Source: an uncultured Pseudomonadales bacterium | Lineage (GTDB): Bacteria; Patescibacteriota; Microgenomatia; UBA1400; PJMF01 | Direction of reading: 5' to 3' | Assembly (NCBI GenBank): GCA_964400865.1 | Contig: CAYNWG010000002.1 | Location: 1 to 63,473 of the forward strand | DNA length: 63,473 nt | Shown: positions 37,876-45,681 of the stretch, one piece after another | Numbering within the stretch: the stretch's first letter is position 1 | How the letters are laid out: every line of letters starts with the position of its first letter | Program-made: the position numbers and the translations under genes | The notes under the pieces: generated by a model | Databases searched by the model: none | Told to the model about the DNA's origin: nothing | Seen by the model: only the letters and a program-made list of their open reading frames with translations

Positions 37876-38901
37876 GTGACTGAAGTTATACTAGCAGTAG
37901 AAAAGCATGAGTTGATTTCATTACCAGAAATTGTGATTCCAGAAACAGTTCGTTCTCAGTTTGGCGAGGGAATAAAGAAAATAATCCCGTTGTTTATGAG
38001 CTGGGATGAAGTTGGTGAGTGTTGGATTGATGTAGATAGCAAACCCAATTTGGTTATTACATTGGCACGAGCGGGATCACTGTCATGGGTTCCAATTAAG
38101 GCTATAACCGATTTGTACGAAATTACTATTCCTAGAATAGTTGATGTGCACTTGGGCAGAGAACTTGCGTATCGTTTTGCAAGAGAAAGACAGATTGATT
38201 TCAGATTATTTCAAAGTGGTGATCAGGAAACTATGTTAGATTTTGAATCTTGGTTAGAACTAGAGTTCTCTCAGAATCCCGATTTAAGGTTGCAGCTATC
38301 TGAGCTAGTCGCTTGCTTTGCAGGTGTTGGAGATTCTGAGGAGAAAGTGGTCGTGCTAGACGACGTTGTTCAGGATGGATTAACGATGGGCGTGGTTGTA
38401 CCAACGATACTAAAAATCATTTTGAATTCAAAAGTTGTTTTTGAGTCATCGAATGAGAAAATTAGGGATCAGCTAAAACCAAGTGAAGAATCAATAATTG
38501 CGAGTCAATCAACCAGAGTGTTGTTAGAAAATATTCTTGAAGATACTGAATGGCTATATGAAATCATTGATGCATCTTTTTCAAACTATTTAGATTCACT
38601 ATTTCAACAGAAGAAGATTGTTACAAGGCAGTTTCTTGTTCAACTTGCAAAAGGATCAATTGAAGATATGCAAACTGGCACATTAGCTCCAATAGAGTCT
38701 GAAGCTCAGATCAGGAATGTTGGACAAAACATTCAGCAACAGTACTTCGTAAATAATCCTCCAAGACATGAATCTTTGTTTATAGACCCAGGTAATCCCG
38801 CAGTGGAAGCAATTAAGGTATTTGGTGTACATGCATTGTTAGCAATACAAGTTAAAGTTAGAACAGAATTGGAAAGGTTGGGCCAGACCGCAGAACTATG
38901 A
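37876..38901 (+). CDS. Hypothetical cytoplasmic protein with a PRPP-binding-like motif
   Basis: KVVVLDDVVQDGLTMGVV resembles the type I phosphoribosyltransferase loop (hhhhDDhxxTGxT). Nothing else recognised. Confidence 0.45.
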   Translation: MTEVILAVEKHELISLPEIVIPETVRSQFGEGIKKIIPLFMSWDEVGECWIDVDSKPNLVITLARAGSLSWVPIKAITDLYEITIPRIVDVHLGRELAYRFARERQIDFRLFQSGDQETMLDFESWLELEFSQNPDLRLQLSELVACFAGVGDSEEKVVVLDDVVQDGLTMGVVVPTILKIILNSKVVFESSNEKIRDQLKPSEESIIASQSTRVLLENILEDTEWLYEIIDASFSNYLDSLFQQKKIVTRQFLVQLAKGSIEDMQTGTLAPIESEAQIRNVGQNIQQQYFVNNPPRHESLFIDPGNPAVEAIKVFGVHALLAIQVKVRTELERLGQTAEL

Positions 38902-38918
38902 AGAACTACGGTCTGGCC
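38881..38918. terminator. GC-rich hairpin between convergent genes (10-bp stem, 18-nt loop), no U-tract
   Basis: ggccagaccg ... cggtctggcc. Overlaps the last codons of the plus-strand gene. Confidence 0.45.
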
Positions 38919-38924
38919 AGAGAA

Positions 38925-40820
38925 TTACTCAGGCTTATTTTCGACTGGGGAATGAGGTATCCCAAGGTAGTCCAAAACCTCATCTAGTACTACAAGAATA
39001 AGATTTCGTTCCATGGGGTCACAGGGCTCCCAATGGGAGGCTGTGACCGATCTCCAGTCGTTGTTAAATTCTTCCAGATCATCCTGTGGGATATTGCCCC
39101 GCAAAAAGGTCCGGTCATTAACATCGAGATTATGTAAAAACGTGATAACCCCCGTGGCAGTTTGGTAGACCAGGGCCCTTGCGGAGCCCCAGCGACCGGC
39201 CTCAGGACGTTTCTTCCAGCATTGGATCGGGTTGGTCATCCCGATCGCCGCGATCTGAGCTGCATCCGCACGGCGCATTTCTGGACGACCAATTCCCGAA
39301 TTGGTATCGTCCAGGTGCCCGTTACCCCGTGCGATGGTGTAGTCGTGTAGGTATTCTGGAGGCATTGACTGGGGAAAGACTACACCCTGTTCCCAGTTGG
39401 GAATGAGTACAAAGCCTCTGGATGCCAGCGAAGACTGAGGTCGCTCTACCCAAATTGCTTCAACAGCGTCCTCATGAATAGTCCCACCGTTCCATGGCAG
39501 GATGAAGTAACGCCCCGCCAGGCTGAAACTCGACATCTTGGTTGTTGTGGTTTGGTTGTATCTGCCAAGCGCCAGGTTCATAGGATGAACCTGGCTCGAG
39601 ACGACAACCGGGGTGTTTGGGGGAATATTTCGTAACCCCAACCACCCGATAACCGTAACTCCAACCAAAGGAATGGTTTTTCTGACGATCCGCGCCACCT
39701 GCGCACCGTTGCGCGCCAGTCTTCCCACCACGACCGCGTCTCCAAAGGGTAGCGGTCCGTCCAGCGCTACTAGCGCTAGATTGGAGAGAAGAAAGATCGA
39801 CCTAGGTTGGTCGAAGATGGCGGTGAGGCCATTTTCTTCAAACCAAGCTTGATCTGGATCTGATGGCAGACACACCGGGTCCCCGATGTTGATGAAACCA
39901 TTCAGGGCACTATTGCCCGTTATCAAAATGGTTTCAGGGATATTAGTTCTCCCTGCCAACTGGGGGAAGGTCTCAACAATTGTGCTCCAGTAGCCCCACC
40001 ACCCTGGGTGGCAGACTACTGGATTCTGTTTTGAGATCAGCGGGAGGTAGGTTTTACACCCACCCGGAGGGCAGGGACGTGGAGTTGGCACTGGTGTCGG
40101 TGTCGCGTTTGCTTCATAACACTGAAAGATGCGAAATGCATCCCAGCCAATGCGGACACCCGGATTGATCAGATGCAACATGACCCCCTCTATTTCAAGA
40201 CTGTTCGACTCTACTTGGTGGTAGGTTGGAGTCACTGCGTGATGCTCACTCAGTTGCCACCAACCCAACCCAGTTGGGCGGTTGTTAACGATGGTTTCAA
40301 CCCCAAAAGTCGTACCAGCCACTGGCCCGTCGAGGCTAAACCTCCACCACGATAAAGTTGGGGTAGTTATGGGCGTGCCGTAGCCACTGGGGATGAGGAG
40401 TCGAATTGACGCCCCATTTCTGTCCCAGTCCGCATACGCTTTTCCCCCAGTAGGGGCACTGGCCCAAGAGATTTGATCCCAACTTTGTAGCTCGCCTGAG
40501 AAGTGGTTGTCCCAGGTGAACGTGTAACAGTTATCTGTTCCGATTGCCTGGGCTTCCAGAATGAAAGTATTGCTTGGAATGCTTTTTTCCAATAGTTGCG
40601 GCGCATCCTGATTGACTGCACCTCCGCTAATAGAACCAGAAGGGAAATCCATGAAAACTCCAAATGGCATTTCCTTCTGATGGCTCGTAAGAGCCCCTGA
40701 GTTAAACTCAGTAGTTCCTGCTTCTTGTGCCAGAGCAGGACCCGCCACTGGCAAGCCAATGACGACGACAACCACAAGGAGGATGATCGCAATCATCCCC
40801 GACCAGAAATCTTTAGACAT
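38925..40820 (-). CDS. High-GC secreted protein of unknown function (probable horizontal acquisition), LysM-like segment in the middle
   Basis: Signal/TM at the N-terminus, canonical SD (aaggagag) 5 nt upstream of the ATG, PTPVPTPRPCPPGG linker, KTYLPLI motif, WSTIVETFPQLAGRTNIPETILITGNSALNGFINIGDPVCLP (LysM-like). Local G+C is far above the flanks. Confidence 0.7.
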   Translation of the reverse strand: MSKDFWSGMIAIILLVVVVVIGLPVAGPALAQEAGTTEFNSGALTSHQKEMPFGVFMDFPSGSISGGAVNQDAPQLLEKSIPSNTFILEAQAIGTDNCYTFTWDNHFSGELQSWDQISWASAPTGGKAYADWDRNGASIRLLIPSGYGTPITTPTLSWWRFSLDGPVAGTTFGVETIVNNRPTGLGWWQLSEHHAVTPTYHQVESNSLEIEGVMLHLINPGVRIGWDAFRIFQCYEANATPTPVPTPRPCPPGGCKTYLPLISKQNPVVCHPGWWGYWSTIVETFPQLAGRTNIPETILITGNSALNGFINIGDPVCLPSDPDQAWFEENGLTAIFDQPRSIFLLSNLALVALDGPLPFGDAVVVGRLARNGAQVARIVRKTIPLVGVTVIGWLGLRNIPPNTPVVVSSQVHPMNLALGRYNQTTTTKMSSFSLAGRYFILPWNGGTIHEDAVEAIWVERPQSSLASRGFVLIPNWEQGVVFPQSMPPEYLHDYTIARGNGHLDDTNSGIGRPEMRRADAAQIAAIGMTNPIQCWKKRPEAGRWGSARALVYQTATGVITFLHNLDVNDRTFLRGNIPQDDLEEFNNDWRSVTASHWEPCDPMERNLILVVLDEVLDYLGIPHSPVENKPE

Positions 40821-40880
40821 CTTATCTCTCCTTGAACCGAAGATAAACCCACCAAAGGTTTGGTGAGTTACAACCAGAAA

Positions 40881-40930
40881 CTGGCTGCGCAGTGTTTACA
40901 AAAAACTACCAATAAACACAGCGCAGCCAG
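40881..40930. promoter_or_regulatory. 18-bp imperfect inverted repeat upstream of the high-GC gene
   Basis: ctggctgcgcagtgttta ... taaacacagcgcagccag. 17/18 positions pair; the loop is 14 nt. Confidence 0.4.
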
Positions 40931-41106
40931 TTAGCTGCCAACGGAGTAGAACAAGATCAAAATATAAAAAATTAAAATAAGCCTGAAATGTTAAAGAGCA
41001 TCGAGAGGGCATTAGTAAGGTCGCAATGACCGTCAGTACTTCACGATACACATCTATTATATATCATATGTGTAAAAATTACTATAAGATAAACCTATAA
41101 CAAAAT

Positions 41107-41829
41107 ATGTTTAATTTACATGGTACGATAAGAACAATGAAAAAAATCTTGATTATTACACTACTAATGGTTTTTTTACCACTAACCGTATTTGCGGGTG
41201 GCGGGCGTATTCTTATTTATACGAGTGATAATTTTAATGGTTATTACTATGTAAATTCAGATACGTATGTTTTGGCTCAAGTGTTTGTTCCGGATTCTAG
41301 CAATACTGTTAGCTCGGTCGGAGAACGAGCAGAGTTCAGAATTGAAAATCCACGAGAGGGTGACTCATGTGTTAATGAAATCGAGCAAACTACAGAGCTT
41401 GGGTTGCTAAGAGCTCGCTGTAAGGCCACTCAACCAGGAACTATTACTGTGTATGTCTATTCATTTGCAGACAATTATGAATCCTCTCGTTATCAACTTC
41501 ATTTTTATGCAATGCCAAACCCAACAGATGATTCCACACAGCCACCAGTTGCGAGTCCTACGCTTGTGAGGTCAACGCCCACTCCAACTCATGCGTTAAA
41601 CAAGACAATCACAAAAATTCCATTGGAATTGTCTCCAACGCCAGCAAGCATTTCAGAACTTAACGCTGTATCAGTCTTATCAGAAGAGGAGTTAGATACT
41701 AAACTTGAAAGTGAGTTCACTCAGAATTCTGAAAGTATGGCAATTGTTTTATCCCTCGCACTTATAATGTTTGGCATTAGCATTGCAGGAGTTGGTTTCC
41801 TTATTTTCATGTCATCAAAGAAAACCTAA
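41107..41829 (+). CDS. Secreted protein with C-terminal TM anchor, unknown function
   Basis: Signal peptide (likely start MKKILIITLL at 41137), PT-rich linker, C-terminal hydrophobic anchor. Confidence 0.5.
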   Translation: MFNLHGTIRTMKKILIITLLMVFLPLTVFAGGGRILIYTSDNFNGYYYVNSDTYVLAQVFVPDSSNTVSSVGERAEFRIENPREGDSCVNEIEQTTELGLLRARCKATQPGTITVYVYSFADNYESSRYQLHFYAMPNPTDDSTQPPVASPTLVRSTPTPTHALNKTITKIPLELSPTPASISELNAVSVLSEEELDTKLESEFTQNSESMAIVLSLALIMFGISIAGVGFLIFMSSKKT

Positions 41830-42669
41830 ATGGACCTCATTTTTCTATTACTTCTATTTGCTGGTTTATTGAGTGGAGTGATTCAAGTTCTTAACAAAAA
41901 ATTAGCTGGATCAAACCATCGATCTTCAACTCATGCGGCAGTCATTGCGCTCACAAACGGAGTAGTTGGGTTGCCACTTCTGTTATACCAATTTCAATTA
42001 CCACAATCCTTTGGAACCTGGATCCTTATTGTTTTCTCAATCAGTACCTATGCGATAAGCTTATCATTGTATTTCTTAGCCTATAAACTCTCCGATGTAT
42101 CTTTGGTTAGCGTTGTGCGTAGGTTGAGCATCGTATGTATTGCGATTTTGGGAGTGGTTTTCTTGCGTGAACAATTAACTATTGTGAATTGGTTTGGCTT
42201 AATCATGATTGTACTGAGTGGGATAGTGGTAACAATCGAGCGAAAACAAATGAAGCTTAGTTCTGGACTTTTGTTTGCGCTGTTTTCAGCAGTCTTTGCC
42301 TCGATATCCGCAGTTTTAGATAAACAAATCCTAAATGATATCTCTCCATTCACATACGTTGTAGTAAACAATCTATTTGTTGGTTTGATACTGTTGCCAA
42401 GAAAAGGATCGATTGCAGATGCCCGCGATTTGATGAAGCATCATTGGCGATTAATACTCTTAACAGCAATCTTGATGGATTTGGGGTTTGCTCTAGTGTT
42501 GTATGTATTGCAAGGTACAGATGTTGCTCAAACGATGCCGGTGTATATGGGTTTATCGTTCATGATGCCAGTGGTGTTTGGTGTAGTCATACTGAAAGAA
42601 AAACAAAAATTACGACAAAAAATAGTTGCCATTGCGTTTGGTTTGCTGGGAATATTTTTGTTGCAGTAG
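41830..42669 (+). CDS. EamA/DMT-family transporter
   Basis: About 10 TM segments in two repeats. Abuts the preceding stop codon. Confidence 0.8.
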   Translation: MDLIFLLLLFAGLLSGVIQVLNKKLAGSNHRSSTHAAVIALTNGVVGLPLLLYQFQLPQSFGTWILIVFSISTYAISLSLYFLAYKLSDVSLVSVVRRLSIVCIAILGVVFLREQLTIVNWFGLIMIVLSGIVVTIERKQMKLSSGLLFALFSAVFASISAVLDKQILNDISPFTYVVVNNLFVGLILLPRKGSIADARDLMKHHWRLILLTAILMDLGFALVLYVLQGTDVAQTMPVYMGLSFMMPVVFGVVILKEKQKLRQKIVAIAFGLLGIFLLQ

Positions 42670-42816
42670 TCTACAAATAAGCAAACGATGTCTCTTGATT
42701 TTACCCAAGGGTTTAGTTTGTGTATACTACTTCTAATTCCAGATGAGTGTATTAGATTACTTGTTTGCACAAGAAACTGTAATAACATAAGACGATTGAA
42801 ATAAGAACACGAAGTT

Positions 42817-43605
42817 ATGCAAGAAATTAGTCGCTCACAGACCAAATTGTACGAAGCAGGAGAGTCACTTCCAGAATATATTGATAGAATTTTCACTGAA
42901 AAAAGAAGACAGACAATTATTGATAGTTGCCCAGCTAGTTTACGAAGAAGTGATGGACAGCCTGCATTACTCTACCGTCATGTTAGTGAGCAAGAGCTTA
43001 TTGAATTATTGATGAAGGGGAAGAAAGATGGTTACTCAGGAATATTAGAAGGTTTGAGCTTAACTAATTTTTATGTTCAATTTAATCTAAGAAGTGAAGA
43101 CCCTAATCTACTAGAGCACATTGCTGCCTTAGGATTTACTGATCCTGAAAAAGTGCTTCAGTCAGTAACTGAGGGTGATGTTGAAGCATTCAAAAATGCA
43201 TGCAAAGATTTGCCTGCTCGGTATAAAGTAAGGATGGTGGTAAGAGGGGTTTTGACCACTTCTTTCTTTGGGTACATTCCAACTTCATTAATCCCTTTTG
43301 GTGCGACTCAAAGATACTATCTCGAACTTATGATACCTCCAGAGAAGTGGCATTTAGACGATTTAGATGAAATTCAAAGTGAGGAGGTGGTGAACGACAG
43401 AGAAATGCAGGTTTTAGTTGAGAGCATAGCGGAAAGCGACATTACTATGATCTATAAGCCTGGCGAAATGGCGGATGACAAAAGTAAATATATCAATAAG
43501 CAGTTTAATCTACCGCCAGATGCAAAAGGAATGAGATTTTCGATGTTACTAGATCCACTAAGAAGCGGAAATAAAAAAAAGTTCTTACCCCAATACTTTT
43601 ACTAG
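42817..43605 (+). CDS. Hypothetical protein (low G+C)
   Basis: ORF only. LLYRH ... LTTSF ... DREMQVLV spacing is weakly reminiscent of R-S-E ADP-ribosyltransferases. This is speculative. Confidence 0.5.
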   Translation: MQEISRSQTKLYEAGESLPEYIDRIFTEKRRQTIIDSCPASLRRSDGQPALLYRHVSEQELIELLMKGKKDGYSGILEGLSLTNFYVQFNLRSEDPNLLEHIAALGFTDPEKVLQSVTEGDVEAFKNACKDLPARYKVRMVVRGVLTTSFFGYIPTSLIPFGATQRYYLELMIPPEKWHLDDLDEIQSEEVVNDREMQVLVESIAESDITMIYKPGEMADDKSKYINKQFNLPPDAKGMRFSMLLDPLRSGNKKKFLPQYFY

Positions 43606-43668
43606 GTATCAACTGTAGAAAAAAATGTAACGCTGAATAGCTATTTTAGCAACTGAACAAAGTGCATA

Positions 43669-44451
43669 ATGGATGAACTAAGAAGCTCACAAACAGAAAC
43701 AGCATTAAGCAGTCGGTTTCACAAATATGGAATTGAGATTCTTGAAAATGGATCCATCAATGGTCCCAAAAGACCTCCTTTGAATGGATCTACTCCCAAT
43801 CTAACATTTGAAAATAGCAAAGAAATTGTTCTCGAATTAGATAAAGATTTTTTGTATGAATATTTCTTGCGCCCTTTTTCAGCAGCCGAACATCAAACAG
43901 CAGTATTAGAAGTAGTTGATAAAGTATTCCGAGAAATAACGGGCAAATCATTTAAAGATTTTTCGAATATTATTATAATGTCAAAAGATGATTTTATAGA
44001 CTTTAAAAACTTAGCCGCACCTGGACTAAAACAACAAAGAGGAATACAAGGCGATTTTCATGGAATAAGTCTAGGAGGTTTAATAATACTACAAGATACT
44101 GGAGGAAGTAATTGCTTTCCTCTGCTATTTCATGAATTAGGTCATAATTTATATCTTGATGAAAATAATAACTATATAGACGAATTTAGAGCATTCTATT
44201 TTCAAATCTTATGTACAAAAAAATTAGAACGAGAATTAAAAAAAATCGGCATAGAAGCAACCTACCCTGATGATTACTACGAAGGTCTTCCATTACCTAC
44301 CGAGGATCATAGAAAAGCTTTTATGGGCGCTAGGGCTTTATTTCTTTTCCAAACAGAATACGAAATGGTTGTAAAAGATAGCCCAAACGCTGAAGTAAGG
44401 ATGGATGAGTTATTAGGAATTGTGAAACAAGCGAGAAAAGTATTTAATTAA
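43669..44451 (+). CDS. Putative HExxH metallopeptidase-like protein
   Basis: FPLLFHELGHNLY contains HExxH with a downstream Glu (IDEF). No signal peptide. Confidence 0.5.
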   Translation: MDELRSSQTETALSSRFHKYGIEILENGSINGPKRPPLNGSTPNLTFENSKEIVLELDKDFLYEYFLRPFSAAEHQTAVLEVVDKVFREITGKSFKDFSNIIIMSKDDFIDFKNLAAPGLKQQRGIQGDFHGISLGGLIILQDTGGSNCFPLLFHELGHNLYLDENNNYIDEFRAFYFQILCTKKLERELKKIGIEATYPDDYYEGLPLPTEDHRKAFMGARALFLFQTEYEMVVKDSPNAEVRMDELLGIVKQARKVFN

Positions 44452-44501
44452 TATGTATCCCAATTAACATCGCTTTTAAGAGGGGAGCAGGATTCTTTTT
44501 G

Positions 44502-44923
44502 TGGAGATGACGAGGGATGACCTCGTGTCCGTGTCCAGCTAAAAAACAGCATCTACAGGTTTAGTTTCTCTTTAAGTGTGGAGCGCTTCGGTGAAGAAAC
44601 AAACCGTCAAGCGATCCCTTTGTACTATGGCTTACGACTACTCGGTACAAGCAAGTAATCAGTCACACTGGCTGAGTTTTCACCCACTCGCTCACACCAG
44701 TGAGATGAAACGAGTGAATGCCACTTATGCGTAAAGCATTTGTGGAGATCGGAAAGTGTCACCAAAATTGGCAACAGCAGTTCTTACTTGCGTAAGAATG
44801 CTTTTTCCACGACCGTTACTGGAGACAATGCCTTCAGTTATAGTTTTGGTCCTGTTAACGTCTTTTGACCAAAGACGACCTGCGACTGTTAAAGAGCGTG
44901 TCACGTCAAAGCAACACATCCCC
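44502..44923 (-). ncRNA. ssrA: tmRNA (transfer-messenger RNA), CCA not encoded
   Basis: On the minus strand, 5' GGGGATG pairs with 3' CATCTCC-A, giving a G3:U wobble (the Ala identity element). 5' GCUUUGACGUGA resembles GAUUCGACGGGA. The 3' end GGAC-ACGAG-GUCAUCC-CUCGU-CAUCUCC-A is collinear with the E. coli GGAC-GCGGG-UUCAACU-CCCGC-CAGCUCC-A. Candidate tag frame: GCC AAU ... CUU UAC GCA UAA = ANFGDTFRSPQMLYA. Confidence 0.8.
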
Positions 44924-44966
44924 ATTGGGACAATCAGTATAGCAAAAATCTACGGTTTTCTCAAGA

Positions 44967-45620
44967 CTAACTTGCTTGACGAGCGACAGTCAAACCAATT
45001 ACTGTTCTACATCCGTTCGTTTTTAATACTCGCGCACATTCGTTAAGTGTTGAGCCCGTGGTGAATACATCGTCGATTAATAGAATCATTCTGGGCAGTG
45101 GTAAAGATAGGCTTGGGTTGAGAGAAAAATGGTTGGCAACATGGCTCAATCGCACTTCTCTGGATTGGATTGAAGCTTGATGAGTACCATGAATAGTTCT
45201 GATGAGTAGGTTGTGATAGGGTATGTTTGAAAGAGTCGCTAAAGTTTGACCAATTACTTGAGCTTGGTTGAAACCACGCTCTCGAAGTCGTTTGGGATGA
45301 ATGGGTACGCTGGTAATACAGTCAACCGGAGGGTAAATGGTGCAATGGTAGAGGAGCCGGCCGCAGAGGCGGCCGGCGTCAATAACTGATTGATACTTCA
45401 GTGACTTTAGTAAAGCTTTGATAGCGCCGCCGTAACGGCAGGCGCTAATCACTTGATCCAAATAGAGTGGGGTGAGCAGCGGTGGAGGTTGATAGTATAA
45501 AAAATCGACTGTTTCGTAGCATTTGTCGCACAACAGCTCACCCCACTTTTCACAGTACACACAAAACGTCGGTGAAAGAATGCCAAATACTACCTTGCTC
45601 AATAGCTTAATAAACAACAC
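44967..45620 (-). CDS. comF: ComF-family phosphoribosyltransferase-domain protein
   Basis: N-terminal zinc ribbon CVYCEKWGELLCDKC, GFNQAQ, PRPP loop ILLIDDVFTTGSTL. GTG start. Confidence 0.8.
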   Translation of the reverse strand: MLFIKLLSKVVFGILSPTFCVYCEKWGELLCDKCYETVDFLYYQPPPLLTPLYLDQVISACRYGGAIKALLKSLKYQSVIDAGRLCGRLLYHCTIYPPVDCITSVPIHPKRLRERGFNQAQVIGQTLATLSNIPYHNLLIRTIHGTHQASIQSREVRLSHVANHFSLNPSLSLPLPRMILLIDDVFTTGSTLNECARVLKTNGCRTVIGLTVARQAS

Positions 45621-45681
45621 TAATTCTAAATATAAGATACTAAGTTGTAAACAACCGTAGAACTAATGTAGTGATTTTTTC

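Noticed and set aside
39162-40792. Six additional ORFs of 60-141 aa on both strands inside 38925..40820
   Set aside because: They are a by-product of high G+C (few stop codons in any frame). All are nested in the long 631-aa ORF, which has a signal peptide and a strong SD. Their translations are Arg/Pro/Gly-rich nonsense.
38900-44502. A bounded genomic island integrated at the ssrA 3' end and spanning the high-GC gene through the HExxH gene
   Set aside because: There is no integrase or recombinase. I found no direct repeat of the tmRNA 3' end. The composition is heterogeneous (one high-GC gene, then low-GC genes, with an ordinary EamA transporter between them). Only the separate, weaker observations were kept.
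44725-45046. ORFs 44725..44925 (minus strand, 66 aa) and 44756..45046 (plus strand, 96 aa) in the gap between the HExxH gene and comF
   Set aside because: They lie on the tmRNA gene. The minus-strand ORF is simply the tmRNA read through its tag frame, ending in ...QMLYA stop. The plus-strand ORF is antisense to it and overlaps comF. Neither has translation signals.
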